Of a DNA stretch of 64,000 nucleotides, positions 41,601-56,600 are shown piece by piece. Within the stretch, counting starts at the first letter, position 1. Each line of letters begins with the position of its first letter. The DNA lies in assembly GCA_977016875.1 (NCBI GenBank), contig CDRNST010000093.1, positions 2,418,001 to 2,482,000 on the forward strand, in the 5' to 3' direction. The translations under genes and the position numbers were made by a program. The notes beneath the pieces were generated by a model. That model was not told the origin of the DNA. It saw nothing but the letters and a program-made list of their open reading frames with translations, and searched no databases. The DNA is from Pavona decussata (lineage: Eukaryota).

Positions 41601-44600
41601 AAAGCAGCTTTAAATGTATTAGTAATGTGCGTCACTAAACTGAGGTTGGGGTCAAACCAAGTTCCAAGGTTTCTTGCAGAAAAAACAGGAGCCGCGCTAA
41701 CATCACCGACCGATAACTTCTTGATATGAACTTTGCTAAGCTGTTGTCGTGTACCAATTATTAAGAATTCAGTTTTGTCGTCATTCAACTTTAACTTGTC
41801 AGTGGTCATCCATGCTCTGATTGCCTTTATGCAAAGTTCCATTGCTTCAATTATTGCTTCAGATTGACTTAATGAGGCTTAAAGGACAAGTAGAGTTGTG
41901 TATCATCTGCGTATGCGTGTGCTACATGGAGATGATCTTTTAACATCTCAAATAATTTGCTAGAATAGATGGTAAATAGCAGGGGTCCCAAACATGAGTC
42001 TTGAGACACACCATGTGGTAGCTTGATACTGTCAGAGAGACAGCCCCCTGAAAACGCGCGTTGTGATCGGTTGGAAAGATACGATTCAAACCACGTCAGA
42101 GCGGTTCCTGTGGTGCCAAGACTTGAATGTAGGCGATGGAGTAAGATTTTGTGGTCTACCGTGTCAAAAGCCGCACTGAGATCTAGAAAAAACTAAAAGT
42201 GTCACATGCTGGCGGTTCATATATCATTCTGGACCCTCAGGAGTGCAGTCTCAGTACTGTGGAATTTTCTATATGCATACTGAAACAGAGGGAACAGTTA
42301 AGAATTGGTTCATGCTTAGAGTGCGTATATCAAGTTATGGATGAAGGCGGGAAGTTTGGAGAGCAGGAGAGAAGCGTAAGACTCTACCTTCTTGAGTGCT
42401 CTCCAAACTTCCCAGGTGCATCCGTAACTGGATATACGCACAGTTAAAAGCATAAACCAATTCTTTTATAAGGGACTGTGCAATAATTATCAGGAGGGGG
42501 GGGGGGGGGGGGCTGAAAAACGAGAGGGGGGGCATTACCTAAAATTGCTGCCAAGATAGGGGGGCTCAAAAGTAAAATCACTCATTTGACAGAGGGGGGG
42601 GCCTTAAGTTTTATTCGAAATGTAAATAAAGTTAAACGCAATAAAAGATTCTCAATACAGGCCTCATGATAAACTGTAACAAATATCAATACGAACAGCT
42701 GTTAAACGATTATTGAAAAAATTCCATCAAAATGAAAAGATAACTGATTAATTTTAACCCTTCTTCTATTTAATTAAGTTGACCCTATGTAAAGCAAAAA
42801 TCATGCACTTGTTTTTCAGCATCCCCCGTAAAACAATGGGAATCAAACAGATCTCGTAGACAGGCTTTGTCGGTTTTTAATGTGAATAAAAGTAATGTTT
42901 CTTCATCGACTGAATCGATTTGCTGAATTCCATACATCTCTGGCTCATAACAAGTTCAACAGGCTCTCCTCCTAAGGATCTAAATATAATGCAAGCCCTT
43001 TTTCGTCTGTTATTTGAAGCGTTAAATCTCCTGTTCTTTTATTTTTTTTTTTTTTCTCTGCTCCTTTCTCTTTCTGGCTTCAGAAGTTTTGGATTTTGAG
43101 CCAATGTGGTAAGCACCCCGGTACTTAGCAAATGCTTTGTCTAAATCTTCAATCAAGCGATCAACATCCTTCTCGATACCAGATGTTTCATAATAACGTT
43201 TGTCATTATTGTAGCATGACAATATACAGTATATTACAGTAGCATGACAATATAGGTATGTAGTTAAAGGCATCTATGGTAATGGTGGCGGCGAGGAGTG
43301 AGTGCGTGAGTGCGTGTGTGAGTGTGTGTTGGTGGGGGGGGGGGGGGGGGCTGCGACGTTATTTTTAACATAACAGAGGGGGGCTTACAACTAATTTTTT
43401 AGTTTTGGAGGGGGGGTACTGTCTAAGTTTTTGCTAGATAACTCTGGTTTTTCAGCCCCCCCCCCCCCCCCCCCCTCCTGATAATTATTGCACAGTCCCT
43501 ACATAGTAGAAATAAAGTAAATGATTCCTGGAAAACAGGTTTTGTTCCTGATTAATTACAAAATTCTCTGTACAAAAACAAGGCGAAAATGGTTTCCCAT
43601 ATCTATTTAATCTTAACGTTTCATTAAGCTTTAATCTCTTATAAATATACATTTTTTATGGTGTTGTCTCTCTGTAAAAGTTTTTAAATAACACGGCGCA
43701 CGCATGCTTTTCTCATCTGACTTGCACACGTCATCGGATGGACGCACGGCCGTGCGTATGTTGAGAAATGTACCATGATGACGCCAATAGGAATTAGATT
43801 AGGATACACGCGCGCTATGTTATAAACCAAAATTCATCATGTGATTGCACGTTTGTGCCACTTTTAAATCAAATATTTTTGCTGTCTACCCGTGCCGCTA
43901 ACTGGGAAGACTGACGGACGTCAAGTGACGTAGATTCAGAAACCAGTAGCTATCAGTTGAAGAGTGTTGCACACGAAGTGAAAGGAAAATAGTGAGTGTT
44001 GGTATCTTGTTGTCGGTCCGTGTGTTATATCTGCAATATTATCAACTGGAGAGTGCTTGTCTGACACAGAAAGTGAGTAATTGAACAGCTAAGACAAAAT
44101 TGAAGTCACATGTTCCTTCATCACGTATTCCGTAAAGAGGAACATCGATTTGATTGAACGCGTACAGAGGAGGGCCACAAGGCTATGTGACAATGACTAT
44201 GAAACTCGCCTAATGGAACTGGAATTAATTTTAAATTTTCTTTTTTTTAATAGAATTGTAGATAGTTGGATCTGTCCACCGAGCGGAGTTCGTTTTAGCC
44301 GTAATTTATTAATTTAAACGAAATGTAAGGAAATTTTTGGGCTGACGGTCTTCTCATTTAATTAGTCGTTTCCCTCATCGCTTATTTCTGTCTTGATATT
44401 AGTATTTGAATTTTTAACTTTTTGTTTGTTTTCATATGTTCTCAGTACATTTGTAACTATTTTTTTGTGGTGGTTCGCCGTGCATGACTTGCATGGGGTC
44501 TTCGTCTCGTTTGCATACCTCAAATGGCCTTGTTTATTTGTTTTTGTTTTTTTGTTTGTTTGTTTGTTTTTTGTTTATTTGCCATACACTGTAACAAATA

Positions 44601-47600
44601 AAGAAAATCTCTACATCACAGCTCCGAGAAGAACCGAGAGAAGACTAAGTTAAGTGGTGAACAAAAATGGCGATAAATTTAAAAGTTTCCAAGATCATTT
44701 TAAAAATTGCGTTTTATTCAAATATCAAAACGTTTTTGCAGAATTTCTTTGTGTGCCTGTTCATTAAGGTGAGAAAATAACAACAATTTAAAAAAAAATC
44801 ACGCATGGGCACGTTAATATGTTTCACCACGGAATGGCGCCTGCATACCTGCTGACGGAATTTAAGTATGCTCACCAAATCCACGCCTATTTCACCAGGC
44901 ATCGTCACCAGTTACGACTGCCCCAAGCTAAAACAACCAAATATCAGGCAAGCTTCAGGATTAATGGTGCGCATGCTTACAATTCTTTGCCGCGTAATAT
45001 TAGATCATCAACTGACTTTAGTATGTTCAAATCCCTGGCGAAACGCCACTTCAAGTGCTTCTGTACGGAATCCCATTAATAATAGTGCTTCTCTATGTAT
45101 TTTATTAGTGTGCTATTTTGTATTGATTTCCTGTTATTTTTTAATTTCCTTTTTAATCAGGACTCTGTTTAAACCAGCTATGCTAAACCAGACTTCCTGA
45201 ATAAATAAAAAAAAAATAAATAAATAAATAAATAATAAATAAATAACCCGTTTCTATTGAAGGAACTGAACTACGGCTGTATTTAATACTCTTAGCATCA
45301 GACAACTTTCTTCCATCCCACGTTTAATCCAGCGAACGAGGAACGGAGATGCTGAGATGAGCGCAAACAGTGGTAGCGCGAAATTACATCTTTGCAATTT
45401 GAAAAGTATTTGTGTAGCAGGGCCTTTTAGGTAATTTAGACCCGTTGCTGAGCCAAAGGTGCCCTGCAACCTTCCTTCTACATCAAGTGGACCAGAACGT
45501 CGTTAAGGAGGAACACGGTGTTCATTGAATTTCGTGCACGTGGTTCCTTTCGTTACAGAAAGAATTCAAAAGCTTTTACGGCAGCTTAGTTACGAGCACA
45601 GCCAACAATTTCACCAATGCAAATTTAAACTTAACAAACTCCTGGTTAAAATATTATCAACGTCCAAGACATGTCTTTTATTTCAACTAAAGCGTCATGT
45701 ATCGTCATGGTGGACACATTAGAAGCTTCATAGATGTCATTTATTTTCTGAACGTCCAGATAAATATAGCACGATTTGTAATTATATTTCAAAGCCAGGA
45801 TTATAACTCACCTCAATATCAGCTGAGCATACACTCACTAAGGCTTGTACATCCACTCCAACCTTGGCACACAGTTTGCCGATTTTAGTCTCTGATATTC
45901 TCTCGGCACAGTAGCGGGTTGCATTTTCTTTGGAAATTTGATTTCGCACCTGTCTTCTGGAACGATGACGCAGAAGGCGTGTTTGTTTAAATACTTTTAT
46001 GTCCTCCTCTGTTGGGTCATCGGAAAAGTGCACATCCCGTTTTTGCTGATCACACGAAAACATGGGCGACCACGTTCTAGTAAATAAGGTCTTAAAATAA
46101 TCGTTCTCTGGCTTTTCGCATCGCTCGCCTTGTGGGCATAAACATTCTGCAGTATACTCATGCCTTTTTTCTTCGTCTCCTACGTTGTCAAGTGTCTCAA
46201 AGTAACTTTGGCTTGCTTGTAATCTGTGAACGATCAAATGAAATTCTTTTAATTGAAGTATTATGCAAAGTTTCCGGTTATAATTTAAAATACTACATCA
46301 CAAACTAAGAAAGGAAGTGCATTTTTCTGAATTCCAATTACACACAACTGGAACTTCACGGGAAAATTTGGACTGCATTCGTTCTAGTGTATACCGCAGG
46401 CCGTGCGGGTGGTCGTCTCCAGGTCCGTTCTGGACGACATGAAATTTCGCGGATTTTCCATCGACGGGCAGCAAAAATTAGATCCTGTAAAAATAAATTC
46501 TCATCAAAAATAACAAAATCAGCGGAAATTTCTTCCTTTTAGTTACATTGACGGCTAAATTTCAATTAAATTGGTTGCAAACGATACCGGCAACGACCTC
46601 TATAATTGTAATGGTGAGTCTCTGCTGTCTCTTGGTAAATTTGCTTTTAGAATCAACTCCGTTTAGACAAGTTAACTATAGCCACAGTACAGTATCTCCT
46701 GCCGAAGAACAAAACAAACTATGAATGACTACAGTGCACTGATGGAAAGTGTTCAGTTTAAAATGGGTCGTCCGAAGGAACTCCATTCTGAAGGGCATCC
46801 GTTATGCGATATTTTTGCCACCCATCAAGAACAGTAGATGAGTTCATTAAGTTGAAGAAATCGAGCAACCATTTTGAGATTTTCTCTCGCAGCAACAGAA
46901 TCCCCATGTAGACTTTGATATCTTTGGTTTGACAGCCAGCTGCCAATTTCCAGTTTTCAATTTCAGAAGCGTACCACACTTAGAACTTTTCGCGCATGAA
47001 ATGTTTTCGAGGGCGATTTACAGAAACCCTACTTCAACGATTTGAGATTCGTAAGCACTGTGCTTAAATTTCGTTGTTGCTCTGTTTCCTTAAAGGCTAT
47101 CCCAGATAATCGGCGATTGCCTTCTGAAAGTTTGGTACACCCATCTCTATGTTCACCTTCTCTACCGGTATGGTGGGATGATTTTCGTTACCAACTCTGT
47201 GGTTGTTTCTGTATTAAACCAGTGAATGGCTTTGTGGATGATAGGAAATTCTCAAACTCATTAATAATTCATCAAGAGAAAACAAAGAAAATCACTACCT
47301 TGACCGTGGTTTGGATTATGTGATCCTAATTACCATAAAATTTTGCCAACTTTATCCTTGAATTTCTCCAAGATTTATTGATCATTTGAGAAGCCATATC
47401 AAACACTAGAAAATGTGTGTTTCATCAGATATCCAAACACCTCGAAGTCGTTTAAAAAAACTCGGCTGCGCCTCGTTTTTTCAACCTACTTCTCAGTGTT
47501 TGGATATCTGATGAAACACACCTTCTCGTGTTTGATATATTACATAAACAACAAAAACCTGGTTTCCTCTTCTTTTACACAAGAGCCGTACATGAAATCA

Positions 47601-50600
47601 GCAAAATTTGTTCCCAGCACTAAAGTCTTAAATCCAAATTCGCGAAAAATTTATTTCTGCGAACGCATTAATCGATAATTCGCGAAATTTCATACCACCA
47701 GAAAACCAGGCATGTCCTAATTCTTTTAATGGCATGCTGAACATACCCAACGTACACGACACGAGAATATTTACCATTATCATGTCATTGGTGGCCGATA
47801 TCAATTCAGCGACTGTTGTTTAGTGAAAGAATGCCTGAGGCTAGAATATTGTCCGAAAAATGAACAGTTCAATTCGCTTCAAGGGAAATTGTGAAATTTT
47901 GAGAACAACCTTTCAGCTTCGGGTATTATCCTTTGATATACCAGCCACCTGAAGGGGTTTATTAGCTGTGTTCACCACAGTGATTAATTTTTTAATCTTC
48001 ACGGTAGTGAGATGAAGAGGCCTATCCTGTACGGAGCTTTGTAAGAGAAGATGGATCTCGGGTATAAAAAAATACCTTCGAACTGAACTCAGCAACTGAG
48101 CTTTCTTGTGATTTGCAAAGATACAGGTCGAAGAAAAAATTGTGAGATTTTTTATCTATTACCATTATTCAAGCTGGGATTTTTTTTCTCACCGTCTGGG
48201 AAACCCCTCCAACAAGCGCAAGACAAACTTTCTGTAATGTAAAGCCGGTGGACAGGAGGTTGCGGTGGCGACGTGACAACTTTTTCTAGCGTGGCTTCGA
48301 ACTGTTTACGAGTCGCTAAGGTGTATAAGAATTAAATATAAACACGTATAGCTAAATTGGTTTTTAAGATATATAAATGCGTTGTCGATAATACCGTAAG
48401 CTGTCTCCGTAAGCGCTATAATTGCTATGTCCTGGTTTCAGACACAGCCCTTTCTCGTCTTTGGTAATGTCGTTCTGTAATGTCCCTTCGGTAATGTCCC
48501 TTGGTGTGTACAGTTTGACATCCATTCCCCAATATGTTCTTTGTATTGTGACTTTAGCTCCAAATGGAAACAACACCTGGAGCACAACACAACGACAGAG
48601 AAAAATTAATAAACCAGTAGTGGAATCCACACGGAACATTTATTTTTCTTTTGCAAAGTAATAGATATGTTTTCGAAAGAGGTTTTACCTTGTATTTCCC
48701 TTTATAATTATGAAATAAAGGTTCGATATTTCTTTTCTAGACGTCTTTTTTGGTAAATTTGACATATATAAAGATTTTATAATATACAATCATCTTTTAT
48801 TACTAGCAAAGTTCTTTATTACTAATAGGTGTAAAGTAGACAGAACTTATCCATCATTTGATGTTGTAAAAGCTAAAGTGAGAGTTACCGATAGATTAAA
48901 ACATTATATTGCTAGTAAAATGATGTTCTTTCAAAGCATCATGCTAAATGGGACTCTTTTATTTATAAGTGATTATTCTTTTTTTTTTTATGCCTCATTC
49001 CAATACCTTGTAGATCAATACAATCCTGCCATCAATATAAGAGGTTCTGAATGGGGTTCAGTGTTTATTTTTAAATTGGCCAATTTTTTAATGTTCACTG
49101 TTTCCGGAGAAAATACTGTTAAGTGTTTGGAGGGTTTATCACGAAAACCCCTTGGCTTTTAAGCATTGTAAATTCTCATCTTCTCTTCGAAAATCAGTTC
49201 ATGAACTTTGAACCTGTGCTCAAATGGGCTGTAGTCTCTTTTTTCGACCCATGCACAACAGTATTCTAGGAAACTGGAACATCTGGACGATCAGGTATGG
49301 CACATATCCATGAGCTTTTGACAAGGAAGGAATGACATTGATCTGTCATTTTTTGTTCAGCATTGTATCCTATTTTAATGATAAATATAAATAATATCCT
49401 GTTGTGGTGCAAATTAGAGTGAATTACAAGGATTTCTCTCACTGAAAAAATCATATCTTTACACTGTAAAAAATATATCTTTCAAATGTGAATATAACGA
49501 CGAAAGATAGTCGAAAAATTTCGGATTTCTCCTCGGAAACCCTCGGCATACCAAACAAAATAACATTGGCCCTTTTAGAGCTGTTTTTGTTTCTTTGTGG
49601 CTAAAATTTACTGTTACAGTGAATTTTTTTTCTGTTAGTGTTAAAATGCCTAAAATTTAACTGTTCCATGTTACAGAGCCAAAACATTAAGTGTTTAGTG
49701 TTATCGAGGTGCCCCGTTCAGACCCTCATGCATATATATTTATATTTTTGCATTGTAAATTTTTCCATAGTGCCCTTTCTCTTTCTGCAAAATACTTAAA
49801 CAGCCTAGTGTTCTGCATGTTGTGTTTTGTCTTTTTTTCTAATGTCTTTGAAATCAATGTTGGTATTATAATCTGAAATGAAATAATATAAAAAAAAAGC
49901 AGGAAAGATTTATTGCTCGAAGCTTCGGGGTCATCGGGACTCCATTATCAAGAGACTAATTAAAAAGCATGCAAATAAGGAAAGTACAAGATAAGCATAA
50001 ATTAGAATAAACGGCCTAAACAAACACCTTGGCGCGGTCTACATCAAAAGAACCAACACGGGTCTCCTTCTGCATTTCCAGAGTCAAGTTGACATTAAGT
50101 ACAAGCGCAGCCTAGTTAACACCATGGTGGATCGCGCTTATCGATTATCTTCTAACTGGTCTTTCTTCTCCGAGGAATGTGACCGCCTTAGAAGGGTTTT
50201 TCATAACTTGAAATACCCAAAGCCACTGGTTGAAACTACAATCAAGCGGTTTGTTGAGAGAAGGATTTCATCCCCAGGTGGGTTACTCGGGTATAAACGA
50301 CGGAGCCTAATATTTTGCACCCAAAAATATACAAGACTGGACATTTTAGACCCAAAAAAGTACATAAAAAAATACGCGCAGATTTTTCAGACCCAAAAAA
50401 ATACACGGTTAAATCTTCAACCCAAAAAAATACAGGAGTTGAAAATTTTAGACCCAAAAAAATACGTCGGACCCCCCCCGTCACGTTTATACCTGAGTAA
50501 CCCACCTGGGATTTCATCTCAAGAGCCCTGCCCATCACCAGATGTACCATCGAAGACTGGGAGATTAGTGTTACCCTGCAAGGACCAGTCGTCAGCTAAA

Positions 50601-53600
50601 TAATGTTAAACAACAACTGAACAATCTAAGCTCGAAGTTGAACGTGACTGTCCAACCAGTGTTTATAAGCCAGCAAGTAAGTTTGTAAGCTCAAGCAACA
50701 ACTTAAGCGACACGAAATTAAGCCCCCTATTGTCAACCAACAATGTATCGTCTATAAATTTAAATACGGGGGGGTGACAACTCTAGCAAACGCTGTTTCG
50801 GGACAAACCCAAAATTGTTCCGGGAATCTGGAGATTTTTCCGGGAATCGGGACACTTAGAAATTTTTCCGGGAAACACGCTATAATTCCGGGACATTGCA
50901 GAAAAAAAATTGGGACATCAAAGGAGATGTATCACAAAAATTCGGGAGGATGATCCAAATTTCCGGGAAGACTAAGGTGAAGGCCTAGTATTGCTCAAAT
51001 AGCGTTTGTTAGAGTTGTCACCTCCCGTTTTAAATGTAACCTGTGTGATGCAGGGTATGTGGGTTATACACGTGTTCAGTTACACGAGCGCGTAGAAGGG
51101 CACACTAGAAAGTCATCTTCGATTTACAAACATTACAACCTCCAACCAACCTATGCTCCAACACAATAGTGAAATGCCTGAACGCTTCATCGAACAATTT
51201 CACATCATCGCGAAATGTAGCGGCAAATTTGATTGCCTCGTTAAAGAAATGCTATACACTCGCATGCGTAAACCAACACGGAACGTGCAAACGGATTCCA
51301 TCCGCGCCAAGGTGTTTGTTTAAGCCGTTTATTCTTATTTATGCTTATCTTGTACCTTTCCTTATTTGCATGCTTTTTAACTAGTCTCTTGATAATGTAG
51401 TCACGATGACCCCGAAACGTCGAGCAATAAATCTTTCCTGGTTTCAAATGAAATGAAATAAAAAAAAAATAAATAGAAAAAGTTATAGCCAGGTTTCCGT
51501 AGGGCGATAGTTGTCAGGTTAGCTCAATTTTTTAAATAACGCAGAGAGCAAACTGCCACCCAAAAATAAGAGAGAATATATCGAAGAAGCTTTGGTCTTG
51601 CTAATAACAAACTTACCTCGTATTGGACATTTAGTATTCCAGTTACCGCCCTTTTAATGCTTATCCCCTTTAAGCATTTATTGTCTCTTGTTTTGACAAT
51701 GATAGGAGTTGTCTCGTCACGTTGCATGATGTCGTTGCAGCAGTTGAACTCAATTAAATCGTCGTAATATCGAATGGCAGTTCCACAGTTGCAGGTCACA
51801 GATCTACCGCCCCAATCACATGTCCATTGCCTTGTCTGAACCTATGTAAACAGCATATGAAAGTGTATTAGTTATCAGACTAAAGCAGTTCTCACTTTTG
51901 TATAAATTTAATAGCGCAATCAATTTAGTTATAGTTGTTATGCTTCGACTTTATCGGTTGAAATATTTACCAAGGCTTCTGTGGTAAAACCAGGCAGCTG
52001 GCGGTTCATGTTGTTGGATGATTGTCAGTTCCAAAACCGAATTAACAAAATCAAACATAATCTTACTTAAAGGTACTGCCTCTTATTCAGATACTTTTCA
52101 TAATGCCCGCAATGATATACAAAAATGAAATACGCTGTAGTAGCAGTTGTCACTGGCCCGTGAGACATAGCCACGTGGAGAACACAGATTCCCTTCAATT
52201 GTTTCTCAGTTTCTTTTTTGCCAGCGCAGAGACGCATGAGACGACCCACCCGAAAATTCGCTTGTTCGTGTAAACGGCTGCTCCCTAAGTCAATCTTCGC
52301 CAGTTTGCCTCAGGCCGCTGGTCAATATGAGCACGAATGAGAGCGTACGATATTTAGCGGAAGACGATTTTTAGTTTTTTTTTCCATGACGGCGTTTTCT
52401 TTCAGTCTTTCAAGCCTGCGTGTGATGGTATCGGTTACCCGTAGAAAAGCAAAGGTGCTCACTAAGAGCACTGGACGCTGCAGTATCTCTCGAGTAGTTA
52501 TAGAGGTTCAGATTAATGGAACGCCAGGATTGTCAGAGAAAAGTATTGGTTAATGTTAGGACAGGGACTTAGCAATTGCAAATAAAATTTGTAAATTAAA
52601 TCTACATCGTCGGTGAAACGAGACTCAAATTGTAGCTTTTTTTCCACCAAGGGTCTGGCAGTAGCCTTAATAACAAGAGATGCAAATTGTCAATATGTAA
52701 ATATTTCTTACCTCAAATTTTCGTTTCTCATTTTGATATAGAATAAAATCGCCTCGCCCCATATAATCGTAAGCCCTGTGGAAATATTTGAACAAATTGA
52801 AGGCTCAGCCTCCCGCTGAGTAAGGTTTAAGGTTTTAAGGTTTTTATTATTGTGCACTATTTCAATGGCTCACAACAAAAGGAAATTACAATATATAAGA
52901 AAAGTAATATAAAGATAGCATTAAATTACATAAATGTGAAAAGTAAAATGTGCGCAGTGACCAAAGGAGCTTAGGCTTTCGAGTTGGTCACTGCCACGTG
53001 CAATTAACTGGCGTATAACGTGCAACTAAACAGCAAAAAAATTAAAGAATAATAAAAGTGCAATAATAGAAACATACTACAATTTTTACATAAAAAACAA
53101 TAGGAATGATAATTAATAGTGATTGTACCTTTTAAATACCCAATATTCATTGGGCATTTAAAAGGTACAATTTGTACTGCTTGTAGAAGTTATTATATGA
53201 GAGCTTAACTTGCATGCCCTGAATTAGGGCATAAATATATCTGACTGGATTTGCAAAACCAAACCCCAAGAAATCTTGGCTCACGTTTACTTTTCTTAAG
53301 GGATTAAGGCATTTCTTTTCCCATTTGCCATTCAGGATTTCACTTGTTTGTTTTGACCAGTTATAGTTAGTCCCATTCTCTCTCAAACGTCACTAAACTG
53401 CAGAGGAATCCCGGTTTTGAATTTGTTGTTGTTGTTGTGGGCACTGACCCATGCTTTCGTGTTTTCTCCTAAACCCTCACTACACATCTCTGAATTTCTA
53501 GAGGCGCTGAAAATTTGTTGAGATGTTGGCAGATAATTGAATTATATCAAGGCTGCCGCTGTGCTGGAGAATCGCAAACTGGCGTGATGTTTTAACTTGC

Positions 53601-56600
53601 TAACGTTGGAAATTCGGAAAAAACTTTTTGTGTCCAAGTTTTTTAGTTCGAAGAGCTTTCGATCTTCTTTTTCAAAGTTTTTTTTCCCGCAATCCTGAAT
53701 ACTGCCCTTCGTGAACCACTTCCTGAAATTGTATGTCCGCGACAAAAACTTGGACACAAAATTTGTCAGTGCCTAGCAGAGGGAACATATTATGGAAGTC
53801 AAAAAGCAGAACGTATACGACCATGCATAATTGTAAAAAAATAATTTACTAACGGTCCAAAGGTGTCAGCTTGCAGAGGATGATAATGAGGATCTCCACA
53901 AGACAAGCACTGGTGTATTTCTGTGGTATTTTTTGTAATATATACCTGGAAGAGATTTAGAAAATTTAAAATAAACAATGCAATCTCTTGTCTGTTATAA
54001 CGGTATGAATTTATCATCATCATCATCATTATCATCATCCTCATCATCATAAATATCATTAACACCCCTATCTTCGTTGTCGCCGTCATCATCCTCGTAT
54101 ATCATTGAAGTATGAGTCTGTTATTTCTAACATACCAAATAGATATGCATACCCAAATTGTGGGAAGAATAGTGCGAGGGTTCCAGAGTACACTGTGTTG
54201 ACTAGTGATTCGTGGAATTATAGCCTTGAAACCGGTATTGTCAGTATTGTCTTTGTTCTTTCCCATACAGTCAGCCTGGACTGTCACGCTCACAGGATTG
54301 ATTTCTTCAAGAAATCCCACTTGACAGGTACTGTCCAAGATTTTCACCCCTGGTGGTGTATTTAACGATATTGCAGGAAAAGGCATAGCTCCTTCGACAA
54401 CCTGATTACCCCATAATGGGCTCCTGACGACCGGTATTGTGGGTGTTAAGGTGATTGTATACCTCTTCGGGTCACAATTGCGCAGAATCAGTGCTGTAGA
54501 GTTAACCTAAAAGACATCATTTTAATGCAATCACAATTTATTCAACAATCTTTTTAGTTGTGACAAAATACTGACAAATTCTATCACTGTGCAATTGTTC
54601 TAAAACCGATTTAAATGTCATCAGGCGAATTGTTTTGAACGATTTACCTTTTTAATAGCGGAGCTCCGCGCGCCGAAGGCGCTCGTGCAGGGGCCCGTGG
54701 GTAGAAAATTTGGTAATCCATCAATGCGAGAAATTTTGGTTTTGGTTATAACGTCAGTGTCCGTCCGTAGGACCGTCCGTATGCAGTATCACAAAAAGAC
54801 AAAAAACAAACCAAAAAACAATGCGAATGGCACATTCAAGCATGTGAAGCCTGTGCTGCCGGTCGCGTTTGTTTGGCGGGAGGTTGCATCGCCAACTTCG
54901 TTTAAGAAAAACAAAACGAAATTTTGAAGACGACAAAATACTGCACAACGTAAATTAATGTATTCATTATAGTGACGAACAGTGGGACAAAGAGCAAGGC
55001 GACTAGCAGCGGGAAAAACAAATCGACTCAGCCTTATAAGCCCCTCAGCACATCATAAACAGTTTGAATCTTGAAGTGAAATCATTTTACTCCGATCTTG
55101 CACGACGAAACGTTGGATTTTTCCTCTTGAAGTGAAACTTTTCGCTCACCTCACGTTGTAAAACGAACGAAAAAATTAGCAATGGAAAGACGCGAGTCAG
55201 TCATGTAATTTTGTTGACAAAACTTTGCCGGTTTGCTGTTTTGCAAAATACTATTTTTCTTGTAGTGTTGACACGCCGTTCAGAACTTAATACTGCAAAC
55301 TTCAGAGCAGTCTTTTCAGCTCAGTTTATCGGTCGATATCCAATATTTCCCTTGAGTTTTGTTTTCTAATCTCGTCTCATTTTGCTTCATTTAAGAAAAT
55401 TTGATTCTTCGCTAAAATAGTCAAACAAACGTCAACCGTCTCGTAACACTGTATCGTTGGCATAAACCACTGTAAAAAGAAATTTTTGGGGGTTGACAAC
55501 TTCACCTCATCCGTCATTCCCCTGGGTGTGAGGAATACCAGACAAAAAGGAAAAAATATTATGAAAGGAATGAAATGTTGTAAATAATATAACTAACCGT
55601 ATTTGGAAGTCAGTGACACGGTCATACGGGCGCGGTTAAGCCTGGTGACTATATGTAATGCTCATGATTATAATTTATTACCTTAATCCCCGCATAAAAG
55701 GGCTCTCGAACATGTCTTGGAGTCGACCAATTTGCTGTTTTAGGGTTCACGTTAGTAAACTTTGCGGAAACATTGCATGAGAACTGTTGAGTTAAAAGAA
55801 AGAGTAGTCGTTAGCTGAACTTGCTGACAAATTTTAATGAATTAAAATTGTTGAATTCAAACAAACAGAAAACAGAAAACATTGATATTCAATGATATAA
55901 TTCACAATCTGTACATAAAGAGAGGTTCCCAGGATAGGTGGAGGGGTAGAGGAGCGAGGGGTCCGCTTATCAAAACATGCCCGAAGAGTTTTAGAGCCTG
56001 GAAAGTGTTTTTGAAATCCGTTTTTCATCTACTGGTAGTTGTTTTTGGTCCTCAGATAGCTTGATGTGTTCAGTTAATCTTGTCGTCAAGTTTTCAAAGT
56101 TTTATCTTCAAAATTATTAAAAATCTTGTAATGTACAGGAAAATGGGATAACGGCAACTTTTGGACTTCCTCTTTAAACTGGACCAAACGTAGCCTGGGT
56201 TGGTTTGGTAAATATACTCTATATATCGAACAAGCCGAGGCCGAATGACGGCTGCTTTGGGTTTGGTAAAAACATTCCAAGTTTTTTCCCTTTCCCCTGC
56301 CAAAACCGCAATTGTATGGTCTTCTTTCCAGTGTCACCATCCTCGGATTATCCGTGACAAAATCGACTCAGTAAGGGAGGAGTGCATGGCAAGGAGGTGT
56401 TCATTCTCGTCCCCCGAGCTCTTCGTTTTAAATTTGCGCAAGATTGTTGCGCGGTGGAGCCAAATAATATTTGATGTCTCAAGCTGAGAATTTGGGGTGT
56501 TGGCTCACAGAAAAGTTAAAAGTACAGCTACCAAAATGGCATTTGCGTTCCCTACCCGAAATACTATGGATTTCTCCCGGGGGGGGGGGGGGGTACTCCC

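Larger units (their letters stand above)
49900..51440 (+). mobile_element. Penelope-like retroelement fragment (RT thumb + GIY-YIG) with inverted pLTRs; interrupted by two MITEs
   Basis: [82 protein letters not shown]. 49900-50037 is the reverse complement of 51302-51440. Confidence 0.9.

Noticed and set aside
50124-50603. 159-aa ORF (and the 178-aa ORF at 56731-57267) as novel genes
   Set aside because: Both are chimeric read-throughs of MITE and Penelope sequence.
54650-55540. Probable dispersed repeat starting TTTTAATAGCGGAGCTCCGCGCGCC
   Set aside because: It looks repetitive, but I could not define termini or a TSD from this window.
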